Below are positions 51,014 through 64,000 of a stretch of 64,000 nucleotides of DNA, piece by piece (position 1 is the first letter of the stretch; each line of letters begins with the position of its first letter). Origin of the DNA: Eledone cirrhosa (taxonomy: Eukaryota); the NCBI GenBank assembly GCA_964016885.1, contig OZ024741.1:355880001-355944000 (forward strand), given 5' to 3'. The notes under the pieces are model-generated. The model was not told where the DNA came from. It did no database searches and saw only the letters and a program-made list of their open reading frames with translations. The position numbers and the translations under genes were made by a program.

Positions 51014-54000
51014 ATGACCTCACTCAGAATAAGCAGCATAAATGCGCGTGGCTTGGGGTCGTCATGGAAGCAGGGTCACCTGCTCAACGACCTCAGGTCA
51101 CTAAACATAGATGTAGTGGCCATCAGCGAGACCAGAATCTCCGAAGCACGGGCCTTCGCACCGATCTTCGGCGGCTACGATGTGTACGCATCTCCCAGCC
51201 GTCCTGGATCGGGGGAAGGAGTTGCTGTGCTTTTTCGGAGAGGTTTGGATCTCGCCATACGGGCCATCTTCCTGGACCCAGAGGGTAAGTTGGTGGTGCT
51301 GCACGTGACCAGCGGAGACGGGCAAGCTTTCAGGCTAGTGGCCGTCTATGCCCCGACAGGAGCAGGGCGGCCTGATTTCTTCCGGCGTCTGGAGACCTTT
51401 CTTGGAACGTCCCGCTCTTTAGTGTTAGTGGGCGACTGGAACGGGATCTTAGATGCACGCTGGGACTGTGTGGGATTAGCGGATAGGGGTGGAGGGTGCA
51501 AGAGCCTCACCAACCTGCTCAGGCGTTTTGAACTGTCTGACAGGTACCGATTGGATTTCACGAATGTGCCAATGTGGACTTGGACAAACCGCACAGGGTC
51601 ATCCAGATCATATCTAGATAGAGTATTGTGTAGGGAAATAGATAGGTCTAGCATAGGCTGTCCACAATTCAAGATAGTCAGCTACACGGACCACAAATTC
51701 GTGACCTGTGTGCTTGACTTAGATAGGCTTCATAGACGAGGACCCGGCTACTGGAAGCTAAACGCGTCCTTACCAGCGCGCAAGGCCTACAGAGACCGGA
51801 TTAGCGAACTAGTTAAGCGGGCGTTGACGGGGGCCATCGTCAACAACAAGTGGTGGTTTGCTCTGAAAAGAGCGATTAGAATAGAATCGATTAGGTTTAG
51901 TAAGGCTTTAGCAATAGAGGAAAATAGAGCAGAGGGAGAACTAGTTAGAAAATTAGACGAGGCGCTTAGCAAAGGCATTGCGACCGACGTGCTTGCGGCG
52001 AAATTGGCCCTTGACCAATTCTTCAATGCAAAGCACGAAGGCTGCGTTGTCAGAGCTAGGGTGCGTGCTCTCAGACACGAGGGGACGAAAGCCGTTCAAT
52101 GGGCCCGAGTGGCGGAGGCGCGTCGTGGCAACAAAGCCACGATCCGGTCTTTGGTGGACCACGACGGGCGCATGCTACTCGATCCCGGGCAAATGTGTGA
52201 AGCTTTTCAGCGACACTTCGCTCAGCTGTTCGGGGGCAGCGGGGGGCCGGGTAGAGGGATGGACTTTAGTGTCTACCTCGACGGACTTCCGCGGCTCTCG
52301 GCTACTGAGGCGAAGTGTTGCGAAAAGCCGATAACAGCCGCTGAAGTAAGGGAGGCAATGACTGGCTGCACAAGGGGTAAATCGCCTGGTTTGGATGGTC
52401 TGCCCTATGAACTTTACGTACAGATGCCAGACTTGTTCGGAGGCCTCTTGGCGGACGTCTACTACAACTGGCAACAGAACGGGAGAATTCCCAGTTCTGT
52501 GAGCCGAGGAGCGGTGGCACTGCTGAGAAAGGATCCGAACAAGGGGGATAACATAGACAATTTCCGGCCCATAACTCTGCTAAACACAGAGTTCAAGATT
52601 TTGGCCAAGGTGCTAGCAAAGAGGTTGGCGCTTGTCGTTGGTGGTCTGGTGGGAGAGGCACAGACATGCGCCATTCCCGACAGATCCATCCACGACAACC
52701 TCCACCTCATGCGATACATCATAGAGAGGGTAGCTAAGGAACCTGGCACGGGTGGGTCCTTGATCAATTTAGATCAGTCGAAAGCTTTCGATAGGGTCGA
52801 CCATCGTTACCTAGCGGCAGTCCTGAGGGCGGCTGGCTTTGGGCCCGTCTTCAGAGGCTGGATCGCTGTCATGCACAGCGACATCTGCTCTGTGGTGAGA
52901 GTGAACGGTCACCTGTCGGAACCGTTCAACATCATGCGCTCGGTCCGCCGAGGATGTCCCCTCTCGTCCCTCTTGTACGTATTGACTCTCGAGCCATTAC
53001 TGCACAAACTGGAGACGTTGAGGGGAGTCCCGCGCGAACTAGGATGCGGAAGATCCGTGTCAGCATATGCGGACGATGTCACCGTAGTGGTGTCGAACGC
53101 CAAACACATCGAGGCGATCGGCACTACACTAAGAGAATACGAAGCGGTGACAGGAGCAATGATCAACCAGGAAAAGTCAGTGGGCCTGCAGCTCGGCACC
53201 TGGAGAGGCAGGTCCATGCCGTCCAACAGCGTCGTCGGGAGCTGGACGGACGGACCGGTTAAATTGCTAGGGGTCTGGTTCGGTCCGGACCTCCAGACGG
53301 ACAAAAACTGGGACGAGGTGACGAGCAGGGTGGCTTCTCTCACCCAGAAATGGGCGGAGAGGAAGCTATCCCTGAAAGGTCGAGCGGAGGTGGCTAACGC
53401 GTACATCGCGTCTGTCATCTGCTACCGCCTAACCGTCGTACCTTGTCCTAAGCCTCGCCTGACTGCGCTGGAGCGTTTGCTCTTTCGCTTTTTGTGGAAG
53501 GGACGTGCTCCGATGGTCAGGCGGTCCATCTGTTGTCAACACCCGCTACGTGGAGGGCTGCGCATGCCGTGGCTGATGATGCGCAGGCACGCGCTCAGGC
53601 TACGACATCTCCACCTCTTCCTCGACGGTGATCAGGTGTGGTCGCCGTTTGCTAGACGCGTTTTTCCCCAGCTCGTTTCCTTGACGGAGCTGCAGTCCTG
53701 GGTCAAGCGAAGACCGAGAGGGAGCGCCTGGAGACTGGAATGTCTTCAGGCGTTCACAGCCCTCGACCAATCGGGCAATGTGATCGGTGGAAACTCCACC
53801 TGGGCGTTCTATAGAGGATTAGTGGAGGGGAAGAGCGACGACGTACTTTGGGAAACTCTAGGCGTCGACGAAAATCAACTAGCCAATCTCTTCGGAAGAA
53901 CTTTCGGGCCAGGGCCTATGGACAACTTCCAGAAATCTCTGGCCTGGCAGTGCTACCGAGGAACCTTGCCAGTTCGGGATAAACTCTACAGGCATGGAGG

Positions 54001-54433
54001 TGCCGTCAGCCGGGCATGTCCGTGATGCGCGCAGGGCGACAAAACCGTCCTGCACGCACTCGTCCAATGTCCGAAAATTGCTGACTTGTGGGTTTATGTC
54101 GAACACCTGCTGTCGCGTTTAGGACGGATCCGGCTATCATCTGAGTCCATCGTGAGGATTGCCCCGCCCTCCTCCTTTAGCCGGGAAGGGCAGGCAGTTT
54201 TTATCTGCCTGGTGGCCATGGTGAAAGAGATAGTATGGTGGACACGTTTGAAAGGGCTGAAGACGAGCACTTACCTCTTCGGTGATGCTCTGATTGACTT
54301 TTTCAAATTTCATCTGAAAAGGAAAATCAGAGTAGAGAGGGAAGTGCTCTCTTCCCAGCATTTTGTTGAAAGATGGGTGAGAGAAGCAAGAATGGCCCGA
54401 GTGAATGGGCCTACTCTGAGTATATATCTGTAA
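51014..54433 (+). pseudogene. T3 ORF2 (APE endonuclease, RT, zinc finger) with one nonsense codon
   Basis: 1003-aa open frame to TGA at 54023-54025 (CP*C; T1 and T2 have CPRC); the frame continues to 54433. Confidence 0.92.
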
Positions 54434-54784
54434 ATTAAAGGTGGAAAACTGGGAGAGGGCACTTGCCTTGGTGGTCAGGGTCATTGTGGCTTTTTACTGG
54501 GCTTTCTCCACAAATGTCCCTCCGAAGTCTGCCCCCTATTGGGGAATTTTTCATTGTTATTTTTTGTTACATCCTCTGTTTTTGTTTTTTACACGCAGAA
54601 ATGCCCATTTGTACCGTCCTGCATTGTCCTGCACTGTCCTTAATGTCTACTTTATGTAAACCCTTGTGGTTAATAAAGAAATCATTATTATTATTATTGT
54701 TATTGTTATTCCTTGAATCTCAGTCATTGATGTTGGTTAACTGGAAAGTCCGTTGGATTGAATATCAAGCCACTACCTGCAGCC

Positions 54785-57700
54785 TCAGATATTCAGGACG
54801 TATCGGAGGGTTCTTGCTGTTCCAAGCAAGCATGCCTTTTGAAGCGTTCCAAAAAGCGTGAAGGGGCCGATTTTCTTTAACCATCCCTGGAAACTTTTGG
54901 AGATAGTCCCCAGTGCGCCTATGACAATCGGGATCACTTTGACTTCATGGCAGTTCCAAATCCTTTTCACCTCCCACTTTAGGTCCTGGTATCGGTTAAT
55001 TTTCTCCCTCTCCTTCTCTTGCACTCTCGTGTCGAACGGGCAGGCCACATCCACAATCAGGCACGATCTTTTTTCTTTGTCCACAACCACCAGGTCAGGT
55101 CTATTGTGTTCCAGTTTTTTGTCCGTCTGTATCCTAAAATCCCACAGCACCTTCACCTGATTGTTCTCCATCACCGCCTCTGGCCTATGCTCATACCATT
55201 TCTCAGAATGTGGTAGATTGTTTATTTTGCACAGGTGCCAGTGGATCACCCTGCCCATCACATCGTGTCTCCAGCCCTTATAGTGGGTCTGGGCTAGGTG
55301 TTTACACTCGGACACAATGTGAGCCACAGTCTCCTCTCTCTCTCCACAGATCCTGCACAGTGGGCTGGCCTCCTCCTTGTAGATATGGTGCTTCAACCAC
55401 TTCGTTTTGAGGGCCTGCTCCTGCGCAGCCATTAGCATTCCTTCTGTAGCCTTTTTGAGGTCTCCTCTTCTCAATCAGTTCCATGTCTGTGGATCTCTAA
55501 ATTCAGTTTTCTCAAAGAAGGTACTATGAAGGGGTTTTCCCTTAAGGCTGCTCTTCCTCCTTGATGTTATTTCCTCCCTGGACATCCCCTGGCCTACTGT
55601 CCCCTCCTTCAGTACAGCTCTGAGCATTGGCTCCTTACTATAGGTCACGTATTTGTATAGGTTGTTTTTCTCCATCTGAACACAGTCCTCTATGCTGATA
55701 AGACCTCTTCCACCCTCAGATCTCCTTAGGTAGAGTCTATCGACATCACTCCTCTTGTGGAACATGTTGTAGATAGTCAATAGCTTCCTAGTCTTCCTAT
55801 CCATTTCTTTCTGTTCAGCAACATTCCATCTCAGAATTCCCGCACTGTACCTAATAATAGACACAGCTCGGGAATTTACTGCGCTTATGGCATTTCTGCT
55901 GTTCAGATGTGACTTCAATACGCTCCTTACTCTCCGAATGTATTCAGTTCTTAACAATTCCTTCATTTTTTTGTTCTTTATGCCATCAGCCTCCAGAACG
56001 CCCAAATACTTGTATCCTTCCTCAGAGTCAATTTCCTTTATCATCTCACCTGTTGGTATCTGGATCCCGTTACTTCTGCTCAACCTACCCCTCTTCATCA
56101 CAATGACTCCACATTTACCAATACCAAACTGCATACATATATCACTGCTGAAAATACGGACAGTGTCAACAAGCACATCCAACTCCTTCTCACTTTTCCC
56201 GAAGAACTTAAGATCGTCCATGAAGAGGAGGTGATTGATGGTAAGCTCTCCCCTTCCCAACTTGTATCCTGCTCTCACTTTTCGCAGCATAATGGTCAAG
56301 GGCATCAGGGCAAGGACAAACAACAGAGGGGACAGGCTATCTCCCTGGAAGATACCTCTCTTGATCTTCACGCTTCCCAAGGATACTCCAGTTGATGTCA
56401 ACTCTGTCTCCCAGGACCCCATACTCCTGCCTAGCAACTGTCTGATGTTATCCGCCACCCTGAAGATCTCCAGGCTTTTGGTGATCCAGGAATGAGGCAC
56501 CATGTCAAATGCCTTTCTGTAGTCTATCCATCCCATGGCAAGATCAGTGTGTCTCCTCCTGCAATTCCCCATTACCATCTTATCAATAAGCAACTGGTCC
56601 TTTGTACCACGTGACTTCTTTCGGCATCCTTTCTGTTCGTCCGGTAACAAGTTGTTTGTGTGGAGGTGATGGTAGATTTCCTCAGACACAATGCTCGTCA
56701 ACAGTTTCCACATTACGGGCAGACATGTGATAGGTCTATAGTTGGTAGCATCATTACCCTTGATTCGGTCTTTCATTATCAGAACTGTGGTACCTTTTGT
56801 CAACCACTCTGGCACCTCACCCGACACCAAGCAGTCATTGAACATGGCCGTCAGCTTCGGGTGGAGGGATGTTAGATGTTTAATCCAATACCCCTGCACA
56901 CCATCTGGGCCTGGCGATTTCCAGTTGGTTAGTTTTTTGGCTTGTCCCTTAAGAGTTTCAACTGTGATACTCAAATCAGTCTGTTGCTGTGCCTGCTCAC
57001 CGATCTCCCTCTGTACTGTCTCAATCCACCCTGCCTGGGCATTGTGTCTAACATCCTGCTCCCATATTCCTCTCCAGAATGTTTTAGTTTGCTCCGCCCC
57101 AGGGATCAAGTCGTTGCCTCTTTCTTTGCCCTCAAGCTGTCCAAACAGCATCTTCTGGTTGTTGTCGAACATGCGGTTCTGTTTATACTGACTGACTCTG
57201 TTCTCGTATCGCCTGATTTTTGCACTCTTTGCTACAATGCGTTGCTTCAATTCCTCTATGATAATATTTAGCTTTTTACTCCTAGTTTTGTATTTTATTT
57301 CCAGTCTATTTTTAGTGCCTATGTTTTTTAGTGTCCCATTCAGTAGTGACTCAAGCTTTCCTATGTCATTTCTCATTTCCCCGATTTGCCCACTCAGTCG
57401 CTTCTTCCACCACGGCTCTGCTCTTTCTTGTCTGTTGTTTCCTCTCGCTTTTATACCAAGTAGTTTCCTCACCGTATTTGCTGTTGCTCTGAGGATATTG
57501 TTGCACTGGTGAAGGCTCCTCGCCTCAAGGTATGGGATGACTTTGTTTACCTTAGCTGTTGTTTCTTTTAACTTTTTCCTGTCTACAAATCTTAGGTTCA
57601 TAGGTCTCCCACTATCATTGTTCAATTCATCTACCACTAAATTTAGGATGTCAACCGAATCTTGTCCTAGCCCGTCAGCATTCATCTCCTCAGTGGCCAT

Positions 57701-58177
57701 ATCTCTGTTCCAGGTATTATTTATCTCAGTACTCAGATCATTGTCTGCTTCGGGTGGTTCCTCCGTTCTCAGGACCTCCTCACCTTCATTTCCCACCGGC
57801 TCGCTTGTCTGGCATACTACACCCGCCATCTCCAAGCCATTCTCTCTGCTCAGTTCCTCCAGTTCCAGCTCGCTTATCCACCCATTAGTTCTTATTACCC
57901 GAGCCTGCCCGGCCAATTTTTGTTCATCTAATTTAAATAAACCAATCTCGTTCCAGATGTTATGCATCCGTCTCCTGTAGCCCCTCTCCTTGGGGTTACT
58001 TTTCAGGTAGCATTGCATAACAGTTCTATTCAATTCTTTCGTCCAGTTGGTTCTGGCCCCTTTCCTTCTTCTCCTTCCTCCAACATCAGCAGTATTTGGT
58101 TGACAGTCAGGTTCCTGCTGCTGAGCCAGGGGGCACCTGTTGGGTGAGAGTCTGTCACATGACGTTCTAGTCTCCAT
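54785..58177 (-). pseudogene. RT-CCHC-RLE polyprotein of B1 with a single TGG>TGA stop
   Basis: 900 aa plus 229 aa in the same frame; stop at 55475-55477 where other copies read W in QTWNWL. Confidence 0.92.
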
Positions 58178-58480
58178 TTCACCGTTATTCGAACTGTTTA
58201 TGTTCGATATTTAAACACTCTTATCGAGGATTGGCGAATGTATGTTTACATAGCCATCTGTGGATCCGCCATCCCACTTGGCCCTTGTGTGGAATTATCA
58301 CCACGCTGTATACGAACACACATAAACAAACAAACACACAGGCAGAAAGGGCCCCAGAAATGAATAAGCATAAGTTTCATTGTAATGTAGTGTTCGAATG
58401 TCTGACTTAGTTTTAGTTTTTTAAGTTTTACTTTTTCCCCCCTCTTCTCTGTCCGTCCGCTGCTTCTCTCTTCATTCTTA

Positions 58481-59685
58481 TTTTCTTTACGTTTTGGGGG
58501 TTTCTTTTTTTTGTTTTTGTTTTTCTCTGTTTGTTTTTCTCGTTTTTTGCTGTTGTTGCTGTGCTGCTTTGGTTTTGTTGTTTGTTTTTTCTTTTTTCTT
58601 TTGGGTCTATCTATATATTTTGATGCCTTCCTCTTTGTTAGTAGTAGGAATTCTATAATGTGGAAGTAGCAGCCAGCAGGGAAGTGGGAGACTGGCGGCG
58701 TTAGCGATACTGAGACAGTGGTGGTGGTGATGTCGATACCGAGGCAGTGGTGGCGGTGATGTGACCGTATTACTGTAGTGATGGTGCTGTAGCGGAGTCA
58801 AGGGGTGGTGGCGGCGGTGCTGGGATAGTGGTGGTAATGATGGCCGTAGTGAGCGGTGGCGGTGAAGGTGAAAATGTGTCGTTATCTGGCTGTTGTGTTT
58901 AGTGTACACAGATGATGGGGTGGGTGGTGTATCTAGTTTCTGGTGTTGGTGAGTTTAGCTGTCCTATATAGTGTAGCCAGAGGAGAGGAGGGGAGGGGTT
59001 CTTCTTCCATTTATAGCCATTTTTTTTTTTCGGATATACAGTGTACAATACAAAGTTGAATATTTGAATATTTGAGCCTTATAACAATATATTTTCTTTA
59101 CGTTTTGAGCCTTATAACAATATATTTTCTTTACGTTTTGAGCCTTATAACAATATATTTTCTTTACGTTTTTGGGGTTTCTTTTTTTTGTTTTTGTTTT
59201 TCTCTGTTTGTTTTTCTCGTTTTTTGCTGTTGTTGCTGTGCTGCTTTGGTTTTGTTGTTTGTTTTTTCTTTTTTCTTTTGGGTCTATCTATATATTTTGA
59301 TGCCTTCCTCTTTGTTAGTAGTAGGAATTCTATAATGTGGGAGTAGCAGCCAGCAGGGAAGTGGGAGACTGGCGGCGTTAGCGATACTGAGACAGTGGTG
59401 GTGGTGATGTCGATACCGAGGCAGTGGTGGCGGTGATGTGACCGTATTACTGTAGTGATGGTGCTGTAGCGGAGTCAAGGGGTGGTGGCGGCGGTGATGG
59501 GATAGTGGTGGTAATGATGGCCGTAGTGAGCGGTGGCGGTGAAGGTGAAAATGTGTCGTTATCTGGCTGTTGTGTTTAGTGTACACATATGATGGGGTGG
59601 GTGGTGTATCTAGTTTCTGGTGTTGGTGAGTTTAGCTGTCCTATATAGTGTAGCCAGAGGAGAGGAGGGGAGGGGTTCTTCTTCT
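58481..59685. repeat. 677-bp tandem duplication in the B1 5' UTR with three 33-bp units (59071-59169)
   Basis: Near-identical ORFs at 58607 and 59284 are offset by 677; the unit TTTGAGCCTTATAACAATATATTTTCTTTACGT occurs three times. Confidence 0.9.
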
Positions 59686-59700
59686 TATTATTATTATTGT

Positions 59701-62700
59701 TCTTTGAGTCTAAGTCATTGATGTTAGTTAACTGGAAAGTTTGTTGAAATGAATATCAAGCCACTACCTGCAGCCTCATATATTCAGGACGTATCGGAGG
59801 GTTCTTGCTGTTCCCAGCAAGCATGCCTTTTGAAGCGTTCCAAAAAGCGTGGCGGGGCCAATTTTCTTTAACCATCCCTGGAAACTTTTTGAGATAGTAC
59901 CTAGTGCGCCTATGGCAATCGGGACCACTTTGACTTTATGGCAGTTCCAAGTCCTTTTTACCTCCCAATTTAAGTCCTGGTATCGGTTAATTTTCTCCCT
60001 CTCCTTCTCTTGCACTCTCGTGTCGAATGGGCAGGCCACATCCACAATCAGGCACGATCTTTTTTCTTTGTCCACAACCACCAGGTCAGGTCTATTGTGT
60101 TCCAGTTTCTTGTCCGTCTGTATCCTAAAATCCCACAGCACCTTCACCTGATCGTTTTCTATCACCGACTCTGGCTTATGCTCATACCACTTCTCAGAAT
60201 GTGGTAAATTGTTTACTTTGCATAGGTGCCAGTGGATCACCCTGCCCATCACATCATGTCTCCAGCCTTTATAGTGAGTCTGGGCTAGGTGTTTACACTC
60301 GGATACAATGTGAGCCACAGTCTCCTCTCTCTCCACAGATCCTACACAGTGGGCTAGCCTCCTCCTTGTAAATGTGGTGTTTCAACCACTTCGTTTTGAG
60401 GGCCTGCCCTTGCGCAGCCATTAGCATTCCTTCTGTAGCCTTTTTAAGGTCTCCTCTTTTCAACCAGTTCCATGTCTGTGGATCTCTGAATTCCGTTTTC
60501 TCAAAGAAGGTACTATGAAGGGATTTTTCCTGAAGGCTGCCCTTTCTCCTTGTTATTTCCTCCTTGGACATACCCTGGTCTATTGTCCCCTCCTTCAATA
60601 CAATCATGAGCATTGGCTCCTTACTATCAGTCACGTATTTGTGTAGGTTGTTTTACTCCATCTGAACACAGTTCTCTATGCTGATAAGAGCTCTTCCACC
60701 TTCATATATCCTTAAGTAGACACTATCGACATCACTCCTCTTGTGGAACATGTTGTAGATAGTCAATTGCTTCCTAGTCTTCCTATCCCTTTCTTTTTGT
60801 TCAGCAACATTCCATCTCAGAATTCCCGCACTGTACCTAATAATAGACACAGCTCGGGAATTTACTGCACTTATGGCATTCCTACTGTTCAGATGTGACT
60901 TTAATACGCTCCTTACTCTCCGAATGTATTCAGAACTTATCAATTCCTTCATTTTTTTGTTCTTAATGTCATCAACCTCCAGAACACCCAAATATTTGTA
61001 TCCTTCTTCAGTGTCAATTTCCTTTATCATCTCACCTGTTGGTACCTGGATTCCGTTGCTTCTGCTCAATTTACCCCTCTTCATCACAAGGACTCCACAC
61101 TTACTAATACCAAATTGCATACATATATCATTGCTGAAAATACGGACAGTGTCAACAAGCACATCCAACTCCTTCTCACTCTTCCCGAAGAGCTTAAGAT
61201 CGTCCATGAAGAGGAGGTGATTGATTGTAAGCTCTCCCTTTCCCGACTTGTATCCTGCTCTCACTTTTCGCAGTATAATGGTCAGGGGCATCAGGGCAAG
61301 GACAAACAACAGAGGGGACAGACTATCTCCCTGGAAGATAGCTCTCTTGATCTTGACGCCTCCCACGGATTACCCAGCTGATGTTAACTCTGTTTTCCAG
61401 GACTTCATACTTTTTCCCAACAACTGTCTGATGTTATCCGCCACCTTGAAGATCTCTAGCTTTTGGTGATCCAAGAATGAGGCACCATGTCAAATGCCTT
61501 TTTGTAGTCTATCCATCCCATGGCAAGACCAGTGTGTCTCCTCTTGTAATTCCTCATTACCATCTTAACAATAAGTAACTGGTCCTTTGTAGCACGGGAC
61601 TTCTTTTGGCATCCTTTCTGTTCGTCCGGTAACAAGTTGTTTGTGTGGAGGTGATGGTAGATTTCCTCAGACATAATGCTTGTCAACAGTTTCCACATTA
61701 CGGACAGGCATGTGATAGGTCTCTAGTTGGTAACATCATTACCCTTGATTCGGTCTTTCATTACCAGAACTGTGGTACCTTTTGTCAACCACTCTGGTAC
61801 CTCACCTGACATCAAGCAGTCATTGAACATGGTTGTCAGTTTCGGGTGGAGGGATGTTATATTTTTAATCCAATACCCCTGCACACCATCTGGCCCGTGA
61901 TTTCCAGTTGGTTAGTTTTTTCAACTGTGATACTCAAATCAGTTTGTTGGTGTGCCTGTTCACTAATCTCCTTTTGTACTGTCTCAATCCACACTGCCTG
62001 GTCATTATGTTTAACATCCTGCTCCCATATTCCTCTCCAGAATGTCTTAGTTTGTTCCGCCTCAGGGATCAAGTCGTTGCCTCTTTCTTTCCCTTCAAGC
62101 TGTCCAAACAGCATCTTCGGGCTGTTGTCAAACATGCGGTTCTGTCTATACTGACTGACTCTGCTCTCGTATCGCCTAATTTTTGCATTCTTTGCTACAA
62201 TGCGTTGCTTCAGTTCCCCTATGATAATATTTAGCTTTTTCCTCCTAGTTTTGCCTTTTTTCCAGTCTATTTTTAGTGTCTATGTTTTTTAGTGTCCCAT
62301 TCAGTAGGGACTCAAGCTTTCCAATGTCATTTCTCATTTCCCTGATTTGACCATTCAGTCGTTTCTTCCACCAATGCTCTGATCTTTCTTGTTTGTTGTT
62401 TCCTCTCGCTTTTATACCAAGTAATTTCCTCACCACATTTGCTGTTGCTTTGAGGATATTGTTGCACTGGTGAAGGCTCCTCGCCTCAAGGTATGGGATG
62501 ACTTTGTTTACCTTAGCTGTTGTTTCTTTTAACTTTTTCCTGTCTACAAATCTTAGGTTCATAGGTTTCCCACTATCATTGTTCAATTCATCTACCACTA
62601 AGTTTAGGATATCAACCAAATCTTGTCCTAGCCCGCCAGCTTTCATCTCCTCAATGGCCGTATCTTTGTTCCAGGTATTATTTATTTCAGCATTCAGATC

Positions 62701-63847
62701 ATTGTCTGCTTCGGATGGTTCCTCCGTTCTCTGAACCTCTTCACCTTCATTTCCCACTGGCTCGTTTGCCTGGCATACTCCACTCTCCATTTCCAACCTA
62801 ATCTCTCTGCTCAGTTCCTCCAATTCCAGCTCGCTTATCCAGCCATTAGTTCTTATTACCCGAGCCTGCCCGGCCAATTTTTGTTCATCTAATTTAAATA
62901 GATCAATCTCGTTCCAGATATTATGCATCCGTTTCCTATATCCTTTCTCCTTGGGGTTACTCTTCAGGTAACATTGCATAACAGTTCTATTCAATTCTTT
63001 CGTCCAGTTGGTTCTGGTCCCTTTCCTTCTTCTTCTTCCTCCGACACCAGCAGTATTTGGTTGACAGCCAGGTCCCTGCTGCTGAGCCAGGGAGCACCTG
63101 CTGGGTGAGAGTCTGTCACATGACATTCTAGTCTCCACTACACCGTTATTCGAACTGTTTAGATTCGACATTTAAACACTTTTATCGAGGATTGGTGAAT
63201 TATATGGTTACATAACCACAGGTGATTTCATCACTCCCGGTGATTTTTGTGTGGCACTATCGCGCTGTAGGCGAACATAAATAAACAAACAAACGAATAG
63301 GTAAAAAAAAAACAAAAAAAGAATAAGCATAAGTTTCATTGTAATGTAATGTTTGAATGTCTGACTTAGTTTTTCCCTCCCCTTCTCTGTCTGTCTGTTT
63401 GTTTTTCTTTTCATTTTTCTTTTCTTTACGTTTTTCGTTGTTGCTGTGCTGCTTTGATTTTGATTTTTGGTTTTTTGATTTTTTGACCGGGTCATCAAAT
63501 CAGTCTATTTATATATTTTGATGCCTTCCTCTTTTATTGGGGACACTACGATGCATGTCTTAGCAGGAGGTAGAGGGAGAGAATAGCGGCGGTAGTCATA
63601 ATGAGGCAGTGGTGGTGGTGGTGCTGTGCTAGTAGTACTTAGCAGGAGGTAGTGGGAGAGAATAGCGGCGGTAGCGATAATGAGGCAGTGGTGGTGGTGA
63701 TGATGTGATCGTAGTACTGTAGTGATGGTGTTGAAGTTGAAGTAGAAATAGAAGTTGAGGTAACTTGACTAGAGTTTTTAGCGTGGTAGTGGTAGTGGAG
63801 AGCGATTCCATAACGAAATATATCCACTATGTGCGTTTTCTTCCCTA
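59701..63847 (-). mobile_element. Dong-like family B2, full-length, frameshifted
   Basis: ORF fragments 63171-59776 with RT, CCHC and RLE motifs; 5' end abuts (TTA)n at 63848-63926. Confidence 0.92.
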
Positions 63848-63926
<79 letters not shown>

Positions 63927-63927
<1 letters not shown>

Positions 63928-64000
63928 AGCTGCATTTATCTTGCTTTATGTTCATACGAGTTATCACCAAGTCGCAACCAGTGACCTTAAGAGACAACAA
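63927..64000 (-). mobile_element. Dong-like family A 3' UTR (continues beyond the window)
   Basis: Reverse complement of 8620-8694 and 16994-17064. Confidence 0.85.

Larger units (their letters stand above)
47463..54683 (+). mobile_element. L1/Tx1-type element T3, full-length and near-intact
   Basis: (ATT)n flanks, 5' UTR containing a Helitron, ORF1, ORF2, AATAAAGAAATC 3' end. Confidence 0.92.
54711..59685 (-). mobile_element. Dong-like family B1, near-intact, with duplicated 5' UTR
   Basis: ORF 58177-54785; (TTA)n on both sides. Confidence 0.92.

Noticed and set aside
54858-63108. Recurrent antisense ORFs over Dong and Tx1 coding regions
   Set aside because: Shadow frames that recur only because the elements recur; no motifs.

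Overview
Gene-free, repeat-saturated eukaryotic DNA. The SINE family and the (TA)n/(TAA)n richness suggest an octopod cephalopod, which is inference only. The window has three zones. (1) About 4.0-27.2 kb and (3) about 44.9-64 kb are chains of non-LTR retrotransposons joined by (TAA)n/(TTA)n tracts. They contain two R4/Dong-type RT+RLE families (A and B) and L1/Tx1-type APE+RT elements (T1-T3), which always lie antiparallel to each other, and the two chains have opposite overall polarity. (2) About 0.5-3.7 kb and 28.8-43.6 kb hold Penelope-like elements (RT+GIY-YIG, CxCx5C linker) nested in (TA)n tracts, with inverted terminal repeats carrying type I hammerhead ribozyme motifs. Five divergent hammerhead variants share a long helix II with a C-C mismatch at its fourth base pair. 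Also present are a CR1-like RT relic, tRNA-derived SINEs, a non-autonomous Helitron with a 93-bp minisatellite, recombinant Tx1 copies, a 114-bp mini-Dong and a perfect 57-bp-arm palindrome. No host gene was found. All alignments and folds were done by eye, so boundaries are approximate.
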